From assembly GCA_048013815.1 (NCBI GenBank), contig CM106586.1:11718001-11782000 (forward strand): DNA of 64,000 bases, written 5' to 3'. This document shows, in pieces, positions 28,476 to 44,184 of this stretch. Made by a program: the position numbers and the translations under genes. The notes under the pieces are model-generated. The model had not been told where the DNA came from, did no database searches, and saw nothing but the letters and a program-made list of their open reading frames with translations. The DNA comes from Setoptus koraiensis. Lineage: Eukaryota; Animalia; Arthropoda. Numbering within the stretch: position 1 is the stretch's first letter; every line of letters begins with the position of its first letter.

Positions 28476-29681
28476 CTGATTGATCAAACAATCTTCGCTC
28501 AACTCTGTAGTGATCACGTTGCCGTTTTCTAAACTGTTATTTTCAGCTGACGACAAAACGTCTGGCAAATAGACAATTGATCCACTGATTGTGGTCGATA
28601 GGCTCGGTGAACTTGTTGACTTTGAGTATAGTGGCTGCTGTTGTTTTGTACGCAAACTCACTGATTTATATGCATATAAAATGGCCAATCTGAACAGACA
28701 CGCCAGCACCGGTATCATTCCAGAAATAATGATGTTCATCTCGTTCCTGATATTCTGGCAGACCATCGGGAGCATATAAAGACTCACCAACAATGGACTT
28801 ATAGGCCAATAATTTAAAGTGAATGTCTCCGCTATAGTGGAATTGAGCATCCATAACGGCAATATACCTAGATTGTCTAAGCTAACTGTGTTTACAGGTA
28901 ATGCAGAATTGTTACTGTGAACTGGTTTAAGAATTGTCTTTAAACTCTGGCTGTTTTCACTGGATTGTCGGTCATTAAATAAGTTCATATAATTTTTTGT
29001 CGTCGTCGGCGCCGATTTGTGCTGCTTATTTGATATTACAATGATGTTTAAGTAGATGCTCGGCCAAAGTATCAAAACAAACGATAGTAACAGACCAATC
29101 GAAGTTACAGGTAACCAAGGAGCCATCATTTCCTTTCTGGCCAAATATTTGGGTTTTCGCAATTTGAGTTGATGATTGACTATGATTACAATTGTCAATA
29201 TTAGCAGTGATACTATTGATGCAATAAACACAATAATTATCACTAATAGAATCGAGTTTTTACCAACTATAGGATGGACAACTGACTTGCCGGAGTCACT
29301 ATTTAGAATTGTATTCTTTTGGAAAAATCGTATCAAAAACAAACACATCAATTTAAATTAATCAATCGTAACTATTATTCGAGCGAATCGAAAGAGGATA
29401 ACCGTTCAACTTACATTATTTGTTTCGGAAGTATCGTGCTGGCACACTAATAGGATTAAATTGATCACAGAATAGGCTATAACTCCTATAAAGAAGTTTT
29501 GTAACTGACTATCAAACATCAAGGCTTTAAATCTGTTTCTCACTTCATCTATTTCCGCTTGATCGGTGTTCGAAGACTGGGATCCAATAACTACGCCATC
29601 TTCACTATCTGTATCGCCATTTCTTTGCTGACTTGGTGAGAATGATGCACCCGTCTTAATGGCACCATCCTTGGCAGGCAT
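28476..29681 (-). CDS. Spliced multi-pass membrane protein; exon 1 29681-29415, exon 2 29315-28476, further exon likely
   Basis: Phase-0 99-bp intron GTAAGT(29414)...AAG(29316) joins the 91-aa and 294-aa ORFs in frame; exon 2 ends at a consensus CAG|GTAAGT; about 4 hydrophobic segments including MMAPWL. Family not identified. Confidence 0.6.
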
Positions 29682-32600
29682 TGTTGCGCAATCTATATAT
29701 TTATTCTTTCCCGATATTTTTTCGCAGTTAAATAGCGTAAGATGACGCCGTTGTTGACACGTTAGGCACGATTTCTTCTGTGCTGGTTGACTATCCAGAA
29801 TTGACTATTCTCTTGTTGCCACAGAATAGCATACTAAAGAGGTCTTAAATCGAGTTTGTCTTCTTTTGTGCTCCTCGGTATCTCATGTGCTGAAACCTTT
29901 TACGTGAAGTTGGTTTCTGTGAATAATCACTGATCTCAATCCTCAGAGGGTTACTCTAGAAGAATATCCGGTAAACTTGGTGTGTTTTTGTGGGCCTCTG
30001 TCGAGTCGGCTGTGAAAGCATTTCATCTTCGTTTGGATCATATCATACAAGTAAAACAAAATTTCAAGCAACGGCATTAGAATTTCGAAGAACACGAAAT
30101 ATAGCATAGAAAATTCTTCTTATACATAGCGCCACTTGGGGATACTGTACCCACTTAGATATTACAGTTGCCCTGCTCGCCTTACTTTTTCAACCCCTTG
30201 GCCAGTAACCGCTGGTTAATGAATAATCAACTTCATAACAGCTTGAACTAATGTCTGGCTATTAAATCTCAATTCTTCCATTATCATTGCTTGCTATTTG
30301 ACTAATGTGCGAATGATGGGCCTTCTCTCTCTCTCTCTCGCTCTCTCTCGAGCTCATGCATACAAATCGCGGATGCCTCTAGCCATCTTTTTTACCGTTT
30401 CTCTCTTTTTGTTGCCACTCCTGGGTTGTCCATTAAATCTTCTCAGTAAGCATCTACATTCTTATATAGAACTGGTAAGGATGCTTGATGTGGTGCGAGA
30501 TCGAGGTCACGATTATTGAGTCACGACGAAGTGCTAGGAACAAAAATTCGCTGATGGAAAACGAAAAACAAAAAAAGAAAACAAAAGGATCATTTATCAT
30601 CAACTCTGATTGGAGAAACGATTGTTCATGCTTAAATTGATCCCATTCAAGTTTCGTTTATTTTAATCTTTGAACCACCGGCAGTAGAAGCAACAACATC
30701 ACCATCGTTGGTAAATAACCCGATTTCACTTTATTAAATTTGGTACTTCGTGACGACCATTCATTAGAGTGGTATAATTCCAGCATGTATGATTTGCTAA
30801 TTTAATATACAATTTATCTCCTCTATTGCAAGTATTTTCTGTGCTATCATCTCAAGCTAGAAAGTCTAAGTAAGAATAGACCATAATTTTCAAGGTGTCA
30901 TCTACTTTTGGCAACATTTCTCAACTCTTTCAGTGCATCTAGCCTCGATTTCTCTGACTCAGCTAGTTTACACTTCATTTATTGGGTCTCAACATTTTCT
31001 CGATCTTTATCTGGCTAGATATGAGACCGAATGGGAACTCCTCACACAATTTGTACATTTCTGTGCCGTCTTTTTTGAGGTTCAGAGCTAAATGATTACC
31101 AACAAGAATCTGCCTTAGATGAGGGCAGTTTAGCTAGATATATACATGTATTTTCATATAAACTCTGTTTCATAGAGTATACAAAAGTGTAGTAAATAGA
31201 GGAAAATGAGAATTTGCACAACGAGAATCCATACCCTTACTCTAGGACGAACTCAATGAAAAAACGACAAGTGTGAATCAAAAAATCTCGCGAATGGTAC
31301 GATAGGTCCGAGAATCATCCATTCTTGAATAGTACGGACAGAACCATAATGATGTCGATTTTTTGAAGGACCGACATCGTAAGGTCGAAATAATGGTATC
31401 ATGTCAAAAAATGGTATCATATTGTACGTCATATTGTGTCTGCTTCTAACCGATTCTGTTTTCCATGGGAATGAGCTGATCATTGACTCGATGGACACGA
31501 GGTCGATCTGGTAGTAAATTGTCGGTTGAATCGGGCGTAGACGAAATATCGAAAATCAAAATGTCAAATATTGTAACGCCAAAGATAGCAATACCGAACA
31601 ATAAAAGTCAAATGCTGAATGGTCGAATTTATGCAAGGGATTGTCCCATTTCGGGCTGATTTTTTTATTTCGATTCTCGCCAGCGAGCTCTCGTTTTTGC
31701 TCACACTGCATATAAGTACATTTATGTATATATGCATATCTGTGTGTCTTTGTGGCAGAATTAATTGCTAAGTAAACCATTCAATCATCGTGATTGAGTG
31801 TTTCCCGAAACACACTGCATTCGAGTTCAGAGCAGTGTTTCTGGAATTGCTATACTATGACTCATGTTAACGGATACAATTACACTAACACAAGTTTACT
31901 AGATCTCTTCACTGTAAATGATGAATGAAACTGTTTATGATCTAACTCAGCAAGAATCATGAGATGGCTCACTGAAATAAACACTAGGTGGCCATCGGGG
32001 ATCAAGCTCAGTTGCGCTGGGTATCAACACACATTGAAACTTGTATTACAAAGCTGCTTACTATCCGACGATCAGATAGTAGTGTTCCACTCGAATTGAT
32101 TAGTCTTTCTGCGACAACAGCTACATAGAGTAAACATGGTGGATCTATTTGCTACTTGTAGTGGCATTGACTTGAGGGAACAGCAATCCTCAGAGATTCC
32201 ACCTTTTTCAACTCACTCCTTAGCCCGCATAGTCTCCTTCAACCCCCCATATGCGTCTCTGGATCCTCTGGCGTCTCCGAGCTCCCACAATATTCCAAAT
32301 ATTCTGTTAATTCTTTCCGAATTTCCTCTGCTCCCCTGGTATCGATACCTCCTCAACTTCCGTGACTCAAAAAAAAACATGAAAACCATGAAATTATTTC
32401 TGTGTGGCCTTAATGGCCACTCCACCCGGCGATCTTTTGAAATTGGTAGAGAAGGGTGCAAGTATGCATTTTTTAATACCTTGCAGCGCCCTCTATGGCA
32501 TAAAAAGCAGAGCTGAAACTCGAATCGAGAAAAAAAAACCTACTTCCTTTAGGAAGTCCCTATACAGGCCCAAGCTCTACACGTTTACACGGGTTACTCA

Positions 32601-35600
32601 TCCTCGATTCGGAGTGTAAAAGTTCCGGGTTAGTTATTTCAGCAGAATTAATTCAAAAGTAGTGTACTTATCGCGAGCTTAGACCCAGATTGGATGTTTA
32701 GTGGATATCCATGTTTGGATAATCGGCATCCTCATTTGAAAGCATCGAGATAAAGAGAAGCAGTAGCTGAATCAATTCACACACATAGCGTTATTTACTT
32801 TGGCATTCACACTAGATAAATAGCGACAAAAATCTAGCTTTATTTACTTTGATACATGATTGATTGATGATGACAAATTGTTTCTCATTCGTTGTGTCAA
32901 ACATTTGAAGGCTGGAAATTGATTGCACAACAAGATGCCTTGCAGTGCTATGACACATGATAAGTGAGCAATCTCTACCTTGTGACATATCAAGAACCGA
33001 ATAATGATCCTATGGTAAAAAATGTGACATCCTAAGAAATGTCAGAGAAGTCTAGTTTTAGATTAAGAGGCTTACAACGGAGCTAAAATATGTATAAAGC
33101 TCAAAACAGCTGTAAATTAAATGAGATTGTGGCTCTTGTGCTCAAAGGTTTCCTTATTTAAGGTTTTTTACATTTCTACCAACTTATTCGCCAAGTCAAT
33201 CTGTCATTAAAGCAAATCCGTCATTGAATGATTGCATGTCAAAAAAAGAGACCATTGCCTATTCAGGTAGACTGAAACGAAGTTAACTTAGCATATGATC
33301 AATTATCAATCTATCACGACTAAACATGAATCTTGATGTCTCGTCCTATAATTAGTTAATAGATGGGATCCAATGGACGCAACTATACTTGTTGTAGGCC
33401 CTTTTGTGATTCACTCCGGTATCTAACTTCCTATTAATCACTGTAGTGATGTTTCTCTAGGAATGCACCTACCCTGGCTAATAACCAGATTATATTTTCA
33501 ATCAACTTTATTTTTTTTTTATACACTGGTGACAACAGTGCTACTGCTCTCAATAAGCTCGACAAAAAAACTTTTCATGTGAAACCAGAAAAGAAATTCA
33601 CTCCACATGACAAGGTTATGTTTAAGGGCAGAAGGGAGTAGAGGATAACCAGAAAAATATTTGAATAATAATATCTGGTAATCATTGCATTATAACTACC
33701 ATACGCCGACCCTCAGTGTATCTAGAGCTTTCCGTTGGAGAGAGCATTAAATTGGATTGGTTTGGCTATCCATTACTATGGAATGCAGTAATAATAAAAA
33801 TAAGTGGACAATCCAACAAACAGTATCTCTAATCATATAATTGCGTGTACTCAGAACAAAAGTGTCGCATGGTTTGCATCACACAAATTTGTAATCTACG
33901 ACTAGATCAGTGACTGAGGTGAGTGACTGTGATTACATAGAACCAGCTGAATCGTTTGGAAATAAATTGATTATTCGGTTGGCCACTGTACGTAACTAGA
34001 AGCCCAACAGCGGTAAATAGATAGATATGAATGGAGAGAAACAGTAAGGCAGTAACAGTGGGAGTCGCACTTTTTGCCGATACTAATTTTCGTCTCTAGC
34101 CTTGGCCTACAGAGTCACTTAATCACTTGTTTTTTCATGGCCACGGGCAAGCCAACAGCTTGGCCGCCACTAATGGTGAAGTAATAGCCACTGGGCATTG
34201 TGCAGAGGCCAATACAAATACGACGAGAACCAGAGATTCAAATTTTCGTCTGGTCACCGTTATACGAGATGATGATGCATATAGCGCCACATAGAGTGAC
34301 GTAACACAAGCCATCTAACAAACTTGAATAGTACGCGTTGCAAAGTGTATGCAATTCATTGTGTTTACATCTATTTCAGTTGCAGCCGTCAACATTCACC
34401 TGGCCCTAAATGCATCTGTTGGTCGAATTATGGCCCTCGCAGTTGCCAAATAAAAGTTTGAACTGTCTGCCTACATGCTACAGCCGGTCGGTTGGGCCAT
34501 CGTTTCTGAGCACCACGGTATTTACCAATAAGTAGATATATAGCGCTTATGTGGACCAACGGAGAAACCCATACAGACCAACAAACGACAGCGTGCCCAA
34601 TAGAGAGTACAGAGTGCATCCGAGTTTCCAGTTGTTAGTGTATCAGTGGGACTATTACATAACTATTAACTAGAGCACGGCGACAGGAGAAAAGAGCGGA
34701 CATCATCGCGACATGGAGATGTTTGTTAGAGTAAATGATCACTCGCTGCCAAGTGCTTGTTTGTCCTTGGCAGTAATGCTGACCATCATCGCACCTCTCC
34801 TTCTCGACAACTATTATTTTGTTATTCTTGCTCACATTCCAACACTGACTCTAGCTCAACGGCTGTTGTTGTTGTTGTTGTTGTTGTTTCACTTGTTTTC
34901 TCTGTCTCACCTTCCTGGTCGCGATTGGTTTGGTCTAGTCAAATAGTGGACGCACTAACCTCTTGGCAGTATCTAACACTTGCACTCAATGTCTGCCTCG
35001 GGTCAAACAAAATGCTCAAAGTGCCCACTCGCTTCCCTGGTTCATCACCAACAGGCCATGATTATGTGCTGTAGTAAAGGAGCTGTTCACCTACTACCGT
35101 TCATTGGTTATTTATTCAATGTAGATGGAGCCACATCTCTTTTCCAAGCTTCTCCCACTCGCCTCGCTCCTCTCAAACATCCGCCCACTAACCCAGCTAG
35201 TTGACGATCCATTCATGACAATCGATTCATTAGATGTATTCTAATAAATTAATTTTTTCTGGCAAAGTGCAAAGTTGGGTAGCTATCACACAAATTCACA
35301 TACAGAAGAAGATACCATGTACTGTTATACATCAAGCTCAACCAAACACCAGCTTACAAGCTTGTTAGTTTGTTGGATATTGCCCATCGAGCGGCTCAAT
35401 TAAATATACCCTGCTCACACGTGCACCAAAAGAATGTTATAATATCAGGTAATGGGTATCATCATATTTATTATGAGATTACCAAATAATAAACCAAATA
35501 TAATAGTGATCTTTGTCGCTGGCCGGCACCTCATTATGGTGACATTTGAATGAGCCACGATAATGGTGTGCTGTTGGATAAATATCCGCCCATTGAGGCG

Positions 35601-37073
35601 AATATTGTTCCCATGTTCAATTTGCTCACTGTCCAATTGTGCAAATAATATTTGTTGGTAGTCGTACATGTAAATCTGACATACATGTTAGTTGACTGAC
35701 CACTGCCCTCAAACACGTGCATTCGTCTGAACGTGCCGGTTCGAGCTATGCCCGACATTTCCCTGATATAGACTGTTCGAGACGATAATTGTCGGCGAAC
35801 AATCCACACACTGTTCGATTTAGTTCATCATTGTTGTACTTTACCCACAATTGAGTATATCAGATATCAGCCAAGATATCGCTTTATATCGCGGAGCAAT
35901 AGAAGCACACAAACGACCCATACATTATGATGACGATAACTGCAGCCAGAATTAGACTAATAGCCAATCGCATTCCTCTCTCTCTCTGCCTAATATCGCT
36001 CAACGTGTCCCCTTTGTCGTAGATGGCAGTTCTTTTCCTCTTGCATTCAATATTAGGTGTTCGACCAGATCATAAGCAGATCAATCTGAGCTTGCAAGTT
36101 AATTAGATTTCTCTCTTTCTTGTTATGATCGACCACCATGTGTTGACATCTTCCTAGTGCTGATATCGATAGAAAAAGTGTAATATCTCGTTGATCTATT
36201 TAATCATATCGGCGGCATATTAGTTGTCGTTGTCGAATTTGATTCCACGACTAGGATCCCAATCCGTGCGCGTCATCACTATCACTGTCAATATATTCAT
36301 TCATCTACTACCTCTTTCTCTCTTTGAGAACGCAATTTTCTCACTTCTTTTATCGCAGCTGAGGGACTCTCTATACTCGGTCCAGTCATAGTGATGCTAA
36401 GTTGGCAGCATGCACACTCATCTGTTTTCACATGAATTTCGTATCAGACAAGTGTGAACAGATTCATCAGAAACTGATTTAGTAATGGTAGCTCAATGCT
36501 AAGGAACCGAATATCACAGAGTATTAAGTGAACCAGTAATGATAGACCAGAGAAATGTGACATAGGTATAATCGCTCTTGAGAACCAACAGAAAGGGTTT
36601 GCAGCGCCTTTGGCAATGTGATTACTGATTTCTAGGATACGATACGAATATATAATTTCTTGATTAAATATATGGAGAAGAGTGTCAGATTTTCAATTGG
36701 GGGCAACAATTATGAAAACAAACATTCTCCAACTATCTACAAAATGGTAGTTGATATAGACATGGTTTTGTCGCCTCTTATATGAAGATCAAGGAGACGA
36801 TTATGATAGTATATCAGAGGATTTTTCCGAGTTGAATCACAAGTTTCGAGTTCAGTTTTTCATAATTTATCCTAGCATCTTTGCATTGATCATTTCTATT
36901 GTGATACTCTACAGAAAGTTTTTACAGGCTGTCGATACTATAGAATTATCCATCTTAGACACCCTACAGAGCAAGAAAGAACAAGAGACAAGTTCCAACG
37001 AGGCTGTCTCTGAAGAGAAAATGCCTTTCAACACCCTCAATAGCTTGTAAGCAGGCAACAAGATTCACTCCGA

Positions 37074-37385
37074 TTGAAACTTTTGAGACAGTACCGACCG
37101 ACGGATTCTGAGCTTGCTAAGCATTTTAATGTATTGAGAGGCCTTATATGGAAGTATAAATATAAAAATTTTGGTCTAAAGAAGCAATCTAAACGAAGAG
37201 TACATGCTTTAACCGAAAAAACCAAGAAGCAACGGCACCCAAATTTACATTCATGGCCTATACACCTTGCATTGCGAAAAGATAATTGGAAGAGATTCAT
37301 CACAAGTGATGAGAAGAAATTTGTATTAGCTACTGCCAGTGATAGAACAAAGTTTTATTTATACCTACGCAACCGTAGCTCCTAG
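37074..37385 (+). mobile_element. Degenerate Tc1/mariner-type transposase fragment
   Basis: LTEKTKKQR...W...WKRFITSDEKKF resembles the Tc1/Tc3 linker and first catalytic Asp motif (W..V.FSDEKKF); no downstream DDE and no TIRs found. Confidence 0.5.
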
Positions 37386-38881
37386 GTATCAGTCAAGGAG
37401 TAATGATGAATGAATAAACTCCATCATAAGATTCCATAGACTGATTTATCATGATCGAAATAGTTTTTGATTCAATTGGATTTAAATCAGACGACATAAA
37501 AACTATTACGTCCATTGTATTTAAAATAGATATGAAAACTATGGTTCAAACCAACCAAAGAATAAGAAAAAAGATTTAATCATTCCGTCCAAATGAAATC
37601 CAGTGGTTTGACATTTTTGGTTTAAACCACGATAAAATCCACTATGATTAAAACAAAGACCACCACACTAGTGTGCGAGAATTGACAGAAATTGTCCTGT
37701 GCAACCAATAAATACAGGAGTTTCGCCTTGAGGTACAAGATGTGCGTTCTTTTATCTAATTAGAATATTCGCCCAGCTTCATAGCGCCATCGTGAGCAAC
37801 GATTTCGCTCGTTTGATTAACATCGCCTGCTTAGGTAGCGGGCACGACAGAGAATTTTGGTGTCGACATGACAGGATAGAGACAGAATGGACACGTTGAA
37901 TGTATTAGGTTTAATTTTCGGCTCATTTGCATTTGTTTTATGAGTTGCCGGACACACACACACACACACGCACACATCTTTGGACATGGAGCCATTGAAC
38001 ACCGCCTCGTAATGTCACTACTTAACAAGTTGCGCGACACAACTGGGCAGTATCATGTGTTACAAGACAGCAGTGCTTTTGGCTGATATGCAAGGGCATC
38101 TAACTTTTATTATTATTATCACTAGTTGTATCGGCTATGTTTACTAATATTCTGGCGGAGTTTGTTACCAGCAAGCTGGTTGGTATATCTGAGTTGAGTC
38201 ATGTGTGTCAAGCGCCTTGTTTGGGCTAGCGAAGCGAAGCGGGACCGACTATCGGCAAACAGCGGCGTTTGTTGTTGCGCAATCATTATGTCGCGCTTGC
38301 TATACAAAACTCAATCGAACTGAACGAGCCCCCGATGGAAATTCTCTCTTTCTCTCTCTTTCTGGAAGTTGATTGATGAGCCGTCTCCGAAGAGGCGCCT
38401 TGGCGTTGTGTGAGCCAGTGGCGCCGTATGCCCATGTCGCTACACTGTTAACCTTGGTGCATAATGCGGCCAAAACGACAAAAACAGTGCCTCTAGTTGG
38501 ACGTTTTGCTGTTTCTTTGTTGGGCCCCATGCGAGTGTGTGTGTGTGTGTTGTTGTTGCAATGTGCGCCCGCTGACCAGTGTCAGATGATGTCGATGACG
38601 CCAACGCGGGCCCATGTCCGACCAGCTAAAGCGATCGCAACGACACAGAGCGGCCAACGGGAATGAGCGTCAAAAGACTTACGACTTTTGCTTCTTGCAT
38701 AAGCTCGCTTGGCTGAGACGCCTAAACGATGCAAGAACAATTGATGGTGCCAATATCAAACAGTAGTAGTGGCATTACAACTTTGTGCATAAGCCGCTGG
38801 CGAGCTAGCGAAGCAGTGTAAATTGTGAGGATTGTCTCACACAATATAGCACTAACACACATATTGTGTACTAATACGCAT

Positions 38882-38908
38882 ATGTGTGTGTGTGTGTGTG
38901 TGTGTGTG
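38882..38908. repeat. (TG)n microsatellite
   Basis: Read directly; others at ~37950 and ~38535. Confidence 0.85.
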
Positions 38909-40584
38909 CCGGGGCCCCAAGAAACAAAAGCAAGGTGTTACATTTTGACATTGGCTCGGCAGAGCTGCAGAGAGTTTGACTTGGCCAAATGTTGTGCGCC
39001 ACAATTTCGGCAAGTCCAGACAATATTGGCAAATGGCGCCATCGGTTGCCGGCGCGTTAACGCGCCGGCGTGTCTCATATTATGTAACACACATTATGAT
39101 TTAGTTAGTGTGTAGCTGGCACAAATTGTCACTCTAACAGTAGCCCAAATGATGGCATCTGCTGTGACTGGTGCCGTCTTGTTTTGTCTGCTAACAACTG
39201 TCAAGGCTCTGACCAAATGTTGTGCCGCCAGCAGATTCTATCTGCTGGCGGCTTACATGCTGTTGCTTGTGTGTCGCAATTGATGGAGAATCCGCCGAAA
39301 TACAACTCAATCCATTCAGTGTTATTTGTAGGTGCTCGCCAGTTGTCAGTATACACACAAGCGGCAGATGGATAGTGATATTAGAGTGTATTTGGTTCAG
39401 TTTAGATATGATCTGGTACGCAAATAGCGGCCACCAATGAGCGGCGCCGATACAACACTGGCGCGCGCCTGTAATTTACCCGGACTCATGGGCATAGTCG
39501 AAAATGGATGATTGAGATAGATTTGAGGCATTATCGCGCCATTGGAGCATTAATGTTTGATAGTGGCAGCTACTTTTTTTGTTGTTCATCAGAGCAACCA
39601 CTGGGCCCTTCACTAGTGGCCCAATGGCAAATCTTTCTTCTCGCTTTTTGCCAGCTGCCCCTCTTTCTAGCCATCTATTCTTGGTCAGCTGTTGCCCGAC
39701 TTGATCGCGCTCGTGTCACTCTCCATGAGTCGCTATGTCACTGGCTGTATCCGACCTAACTGACGCAAATAGACCCAGTTGGACTCAGTTGGACGCAGCT
39801 AGGCGCAGCAGTCCCAAATGAACTCAATCTAAGCAAGTTGGCTCTTTCCGTCTCTATTAGTAGTTTCTCGGCATCATCATCAGCGAGACTGCGAGCACAA
39901 GCCCGCTGTCGTCTGCATTCGCCATATTGTATACATATTGTGTGTGTGTATGTGTGCCCCAAAGAGGCAAACAACGAGCCACCTCATGTGTCGTGCATCG
40001 TCGCATATTTACGTAACCCGCCCGCCTCACTAGACAGCTGTAAAGATTTGTATTATAATAATATATCTTTGACATTGGAGCTTGCAAGTCGCCCGCTGCG
40101 TTCCGTTCACTTGGCGGTGTTTGATTCATTATTCATCGCATCCCGTCGACAGCCACTAAACTCTTGTAAGAAACCTCCTAATTGCGCCCAAATGCGCACA
40201 CACAATTGCTTTTACACATTATATATTGCCGTGCGTTCATGCTTTGCAGCCTGTTTGATACATTGCGGTTGATTTGTTTGCACAAGCTTGCATTTTATCA
40301 CTAGAGGGGGTGCCAAAATAACCGGACAAAGCAGTCGGGTCTCTTGGTGTTTTTGGCGCTCGTCTTTGCGACTAACGGAGGGCCAACAGGGCTGCTCTTG
40401 TGGCGCGACAATGACCTGTCACGCTTCACCTAACATTTGTATACTATTTACGTCACGTTATGCCGACTTGACCACCACGAACAACAAGCCGGCTCCACAG
40501 CTGGACAGTGGATATAAATGGAGCCATATAATGAAACGAATGAGCCGAAGCGAAGCTCGCCACCGGTCAGTCAATACACCGGGC

Positions 40585-40636
40585 ATATGTGCCGGGTATA
40601 TGTGCCGGGTATATGTGCCGGGTATATGTGCCGGGT
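40585..40636. repeat. Minisatellite, 13-bp unit ATATGTGCCGGGT x4
   Basis: Read directly. Confidence 0.9.
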
Positions 40637-43600
40637 ATGTGTGTGTCGCTGCAAGTTTTGTCCGTGTGGCAACACCTGTTTGTCTGATGACATACAACAA
40701 TTGCTTATTTGTGCTCGCGTTACATAACTCCACTTGATGCGAACCGCGTTGTGTTGCGTAAGTGTTGCAGAGATAACTGTAAATAGATGCAGCCTAGCAC
40801 GGTTACATGTTATATATATTACTTTTCATTTCCGCGTTTTGCTTGCAAGCCACTGCACCACATGCCATTTCGTGTGGTGCACAATCAGCCAACGAGCATT
40901 AATAATATCATTGAATGGGATCATCATCTTGCCCGGCAGCAGTTACAGCAACAACAATGATCATTGTGGCTCATTTATAAATATTGATTCTGTGATTCTG
41001 TTACGCTCGTCAGAGAATCAACTGCCACATATACCAATAACATATGGTGGCCATTACTGCGGCCCACGATGGCCCACGATGACCGCCGAATAACATACCG
41101 GTCAACACATTATCTGCATACGACCGGTACGATAACTTATCGCCGATAAGGTAAGGTGGCCAATAGCTGCACCAACAAATGAATACCCCACAACACATTA
41201 TAAACTGATTACTAATACAAAGATTACATAATAATAATTGCGGCCGAAGTTCGATTGCTTGTCTCAGCTTGCCCGTCTCTTGTTGCAAGCTGCGGCTATT
41301 AATTACAGCCAACAGCCTGCCAGTCAGTGATTGATGGACAGGTGTTTGGTGATTTTTTGCGCTATCAAGTGTTTTTTTTTGTTCGCACCAGACGGGCGCC
41401 ACTCTATTGCTGGCCAGCGTAATCATGTTACAGACAGTTTAAATAATCGCCTCCTATTGATTGCGCTAATTGTTTTGTTGCGGCCAACAGCAAATGGCTA
41501 GCTTGAGGTTATTTAGTTGGTCGTCATTAACAACAATACACTAGCAACAAACTGCAGCAAACATTATTACTTTGCCCAAGTTTCGTGTTGTCCGCCTGTG
41601 AGTTCTTCACGTGAGTAAAGACCAATTTAGGCAGGCGCCTTCATACGGCTGGATAAACTTGTACTTTATTCAACTTCACGGCATGCATATCATAATACCG
41701 CCGCCAATGTATTTTGTAAAGATTATTGGGCGCAAGCTGAAAGCTGAAACAACCGACACAGTGGCTATTCTTTATTGCCCAGCTTATTCAAGAATTAAGC
41801 TCATGGAGGGTGAGAGAGCGAGAGAGAGAGAGAGAAAACAATAATATCCACTGGAAACATGTTTACAACACTGCAAACACCACTAAAATAGCAAGATAAT
41901 GTTGAGAGAAACAAACAAACAAGTGGATTTAGTTCGGGCACGTGCGTTACATATCTACTAACGCCAGCACTATTATGTAACAAGCAACTGTGGTAGTTTA
42001 GACCTAAACCGCCAACTGGCTTTCATTAATAGCAGCGTCAATAGTTGGCCGCACTAACGATCCGTTTACCGTTAAGATGAGTGCGTGTGAGTGGTTGTTA
42101 TTAGTTTAGTCTAGACTCTGGACAGAGCGAGCGAGAGAGAGAAGGGCCAAAACAGTTTTGTTGTTATGCAATAACCACTGCTACTAGTGAACGCCTGAAT
42201 CAACACAGTTGTCCGTGGGTCCACAAACAAAGCAACCGCCATGTAGAGTAGCCAGAAAGCGAAACAATAACGGTCAATCTGGAAACTTCATTTAAACGCG
42301 CAACGTCAATACAAGCGACCCATTTGACAGTGTTCGAACCTCAATCGGTCAAGCAAACCCGATATGCAACCTTTTTTCATTGGTGTCACCTATGTACACA
42401 AAGCGCGTCACATTGACAAGTTTGCACACTGTTCGCTGACTGACTCAAAATCACGTCAATTCTCTGGACAGGTAAGCAACTGGGCGCCAACACCCGCACC
42501 CGCACCCGCATCCTCACTCGCCTGGCTGCTAGTTGAAAATTGTTCGAGCTCAATTGATTAACCAATGACACAATCACAATATAATCGCTTTAAATTAATC
42601 TAGTTTATGGCCTCGCTCAGTCAGTTAGTGGATGTTAGCTGCGAAAATGTTGTTATCATCGTGCGACATCACGTTTGCTCTACCAATTTAGACGCGGCCA
42701 TTGTTTGGCGTGCCTTCGTTACTATCTCTTGCAGTCGCCTTGGCTAATCGTCTTATTCTCTTTTTTGAAGTACCCCACTGCTGATAGTGCAAGTCTTGTT
42801 AATAAACTACTGTTTGTAGTGCAGTTATATGCAGTTATATGTTATACGCTACAGTTATATGTTATTTGTTATCTGCTAACTGCCATCTGTGTCAGTGCAC
42901 CTATCGGTACCACAAGCAACTAGCTTATTCTTTTGCTAGCAACTGTGAACTGGCACGGCGAGTAAACAAAAAGGGATTATTGCTAAGAGATGTCACGTTG
43001 GCCGGCTCTTGTCCATTTTCGTGTAATTTCCGGTCCAGAAAAATACTGTATTGATTTTCGGAGCGCACATAAGAAACCATTAGTGAAAAAAAAAAAGTTG
43101 ATATCATCAAACAATGTAAACTGTGAAAAATTTTCTAGTTCCAGCACCGATTCGTTACACGCATGACACAAGCCTCCAGTCTATAGGCGACCGAAGTGAA
43201 AAAAATTGGCCAAGTCAACGGTCATTGTTGCCAACAATTGTCCTTATGTTGCTACAGTAATTTAAAAGTTGACGCAGCTCGACTCATTAATTTAAGCAAC
43301 TCATTTGAGTCTAACCAGATCGCTATCAGATTCGTTTGCTCTCCCTAGCTGGCAAAGAACAAGAAGGGGTGCGTGTTTCTTGGGAGAACTAAACAAATGT
43401 TGGGCACACTAATATGTCATTTTGTATACAGGCCGAGGTGTCTACTCTTGCTAGTATTATTATACGTCATGCAACTACAACTGTTTTCTGTTTCGTGCCA
43501 CCTCAATCAAACGAAATGATCGCTTGGGACCGAGGTTGGAAATTTCCACCCCTTCACTTACTTCTCTCACTCTGAAAGCAGCTTGGCCCTTTTTCATCTG

Positions 43601-44184
43601 AAATACGTTGGTCAGCACGCCAGGTCAAGCGTGCAACTGGGCCAGAGCGTGTCAGAAGTTTGAATTGGTTCAGACTATGCCTTTCTGACTGTTATGAGAC
43701 CGGCAGGGAATGAGAGTAACGTTGAATTATGAGAGCATCGGGTGAGAGTTAAAGCACACAGCCTAAGCTCTCATCCAGTGAAAAATGACATTTTGCGACA
43801 TAAATTGTTTTGTTGCCGGCGTCGTTGATTCTGAATGCTTTTGCTGCTAGCGAGATTACGAATTCACCTGATTCAAGGGATGCGACGATCTAATTAGACA
43901 GCTTGGCAACCACCAACAGAGCAGTTGTTCATGTTCGCAAATTATCTCTCCTTTGATCGTCATTGTTAGCTGTAGGGTCCACAGTTTCAGAAAGGGAGAG
44001 GATGTAAGTGTATCCGCATGGATCTCTTTCGGGAAGGCAGCAATAAAGTGAGATGAAACTAACCAACGGCCCAGGCCAGAGCGAATTTTCACGAAATCGT
44101 GGCGTGACCCTAGGACAACTATGCCATCAGAGCCTGCACCATTCGCAAGGACTCGGCAGCATCTAGCCGAAAAAGGAAGCGAAG

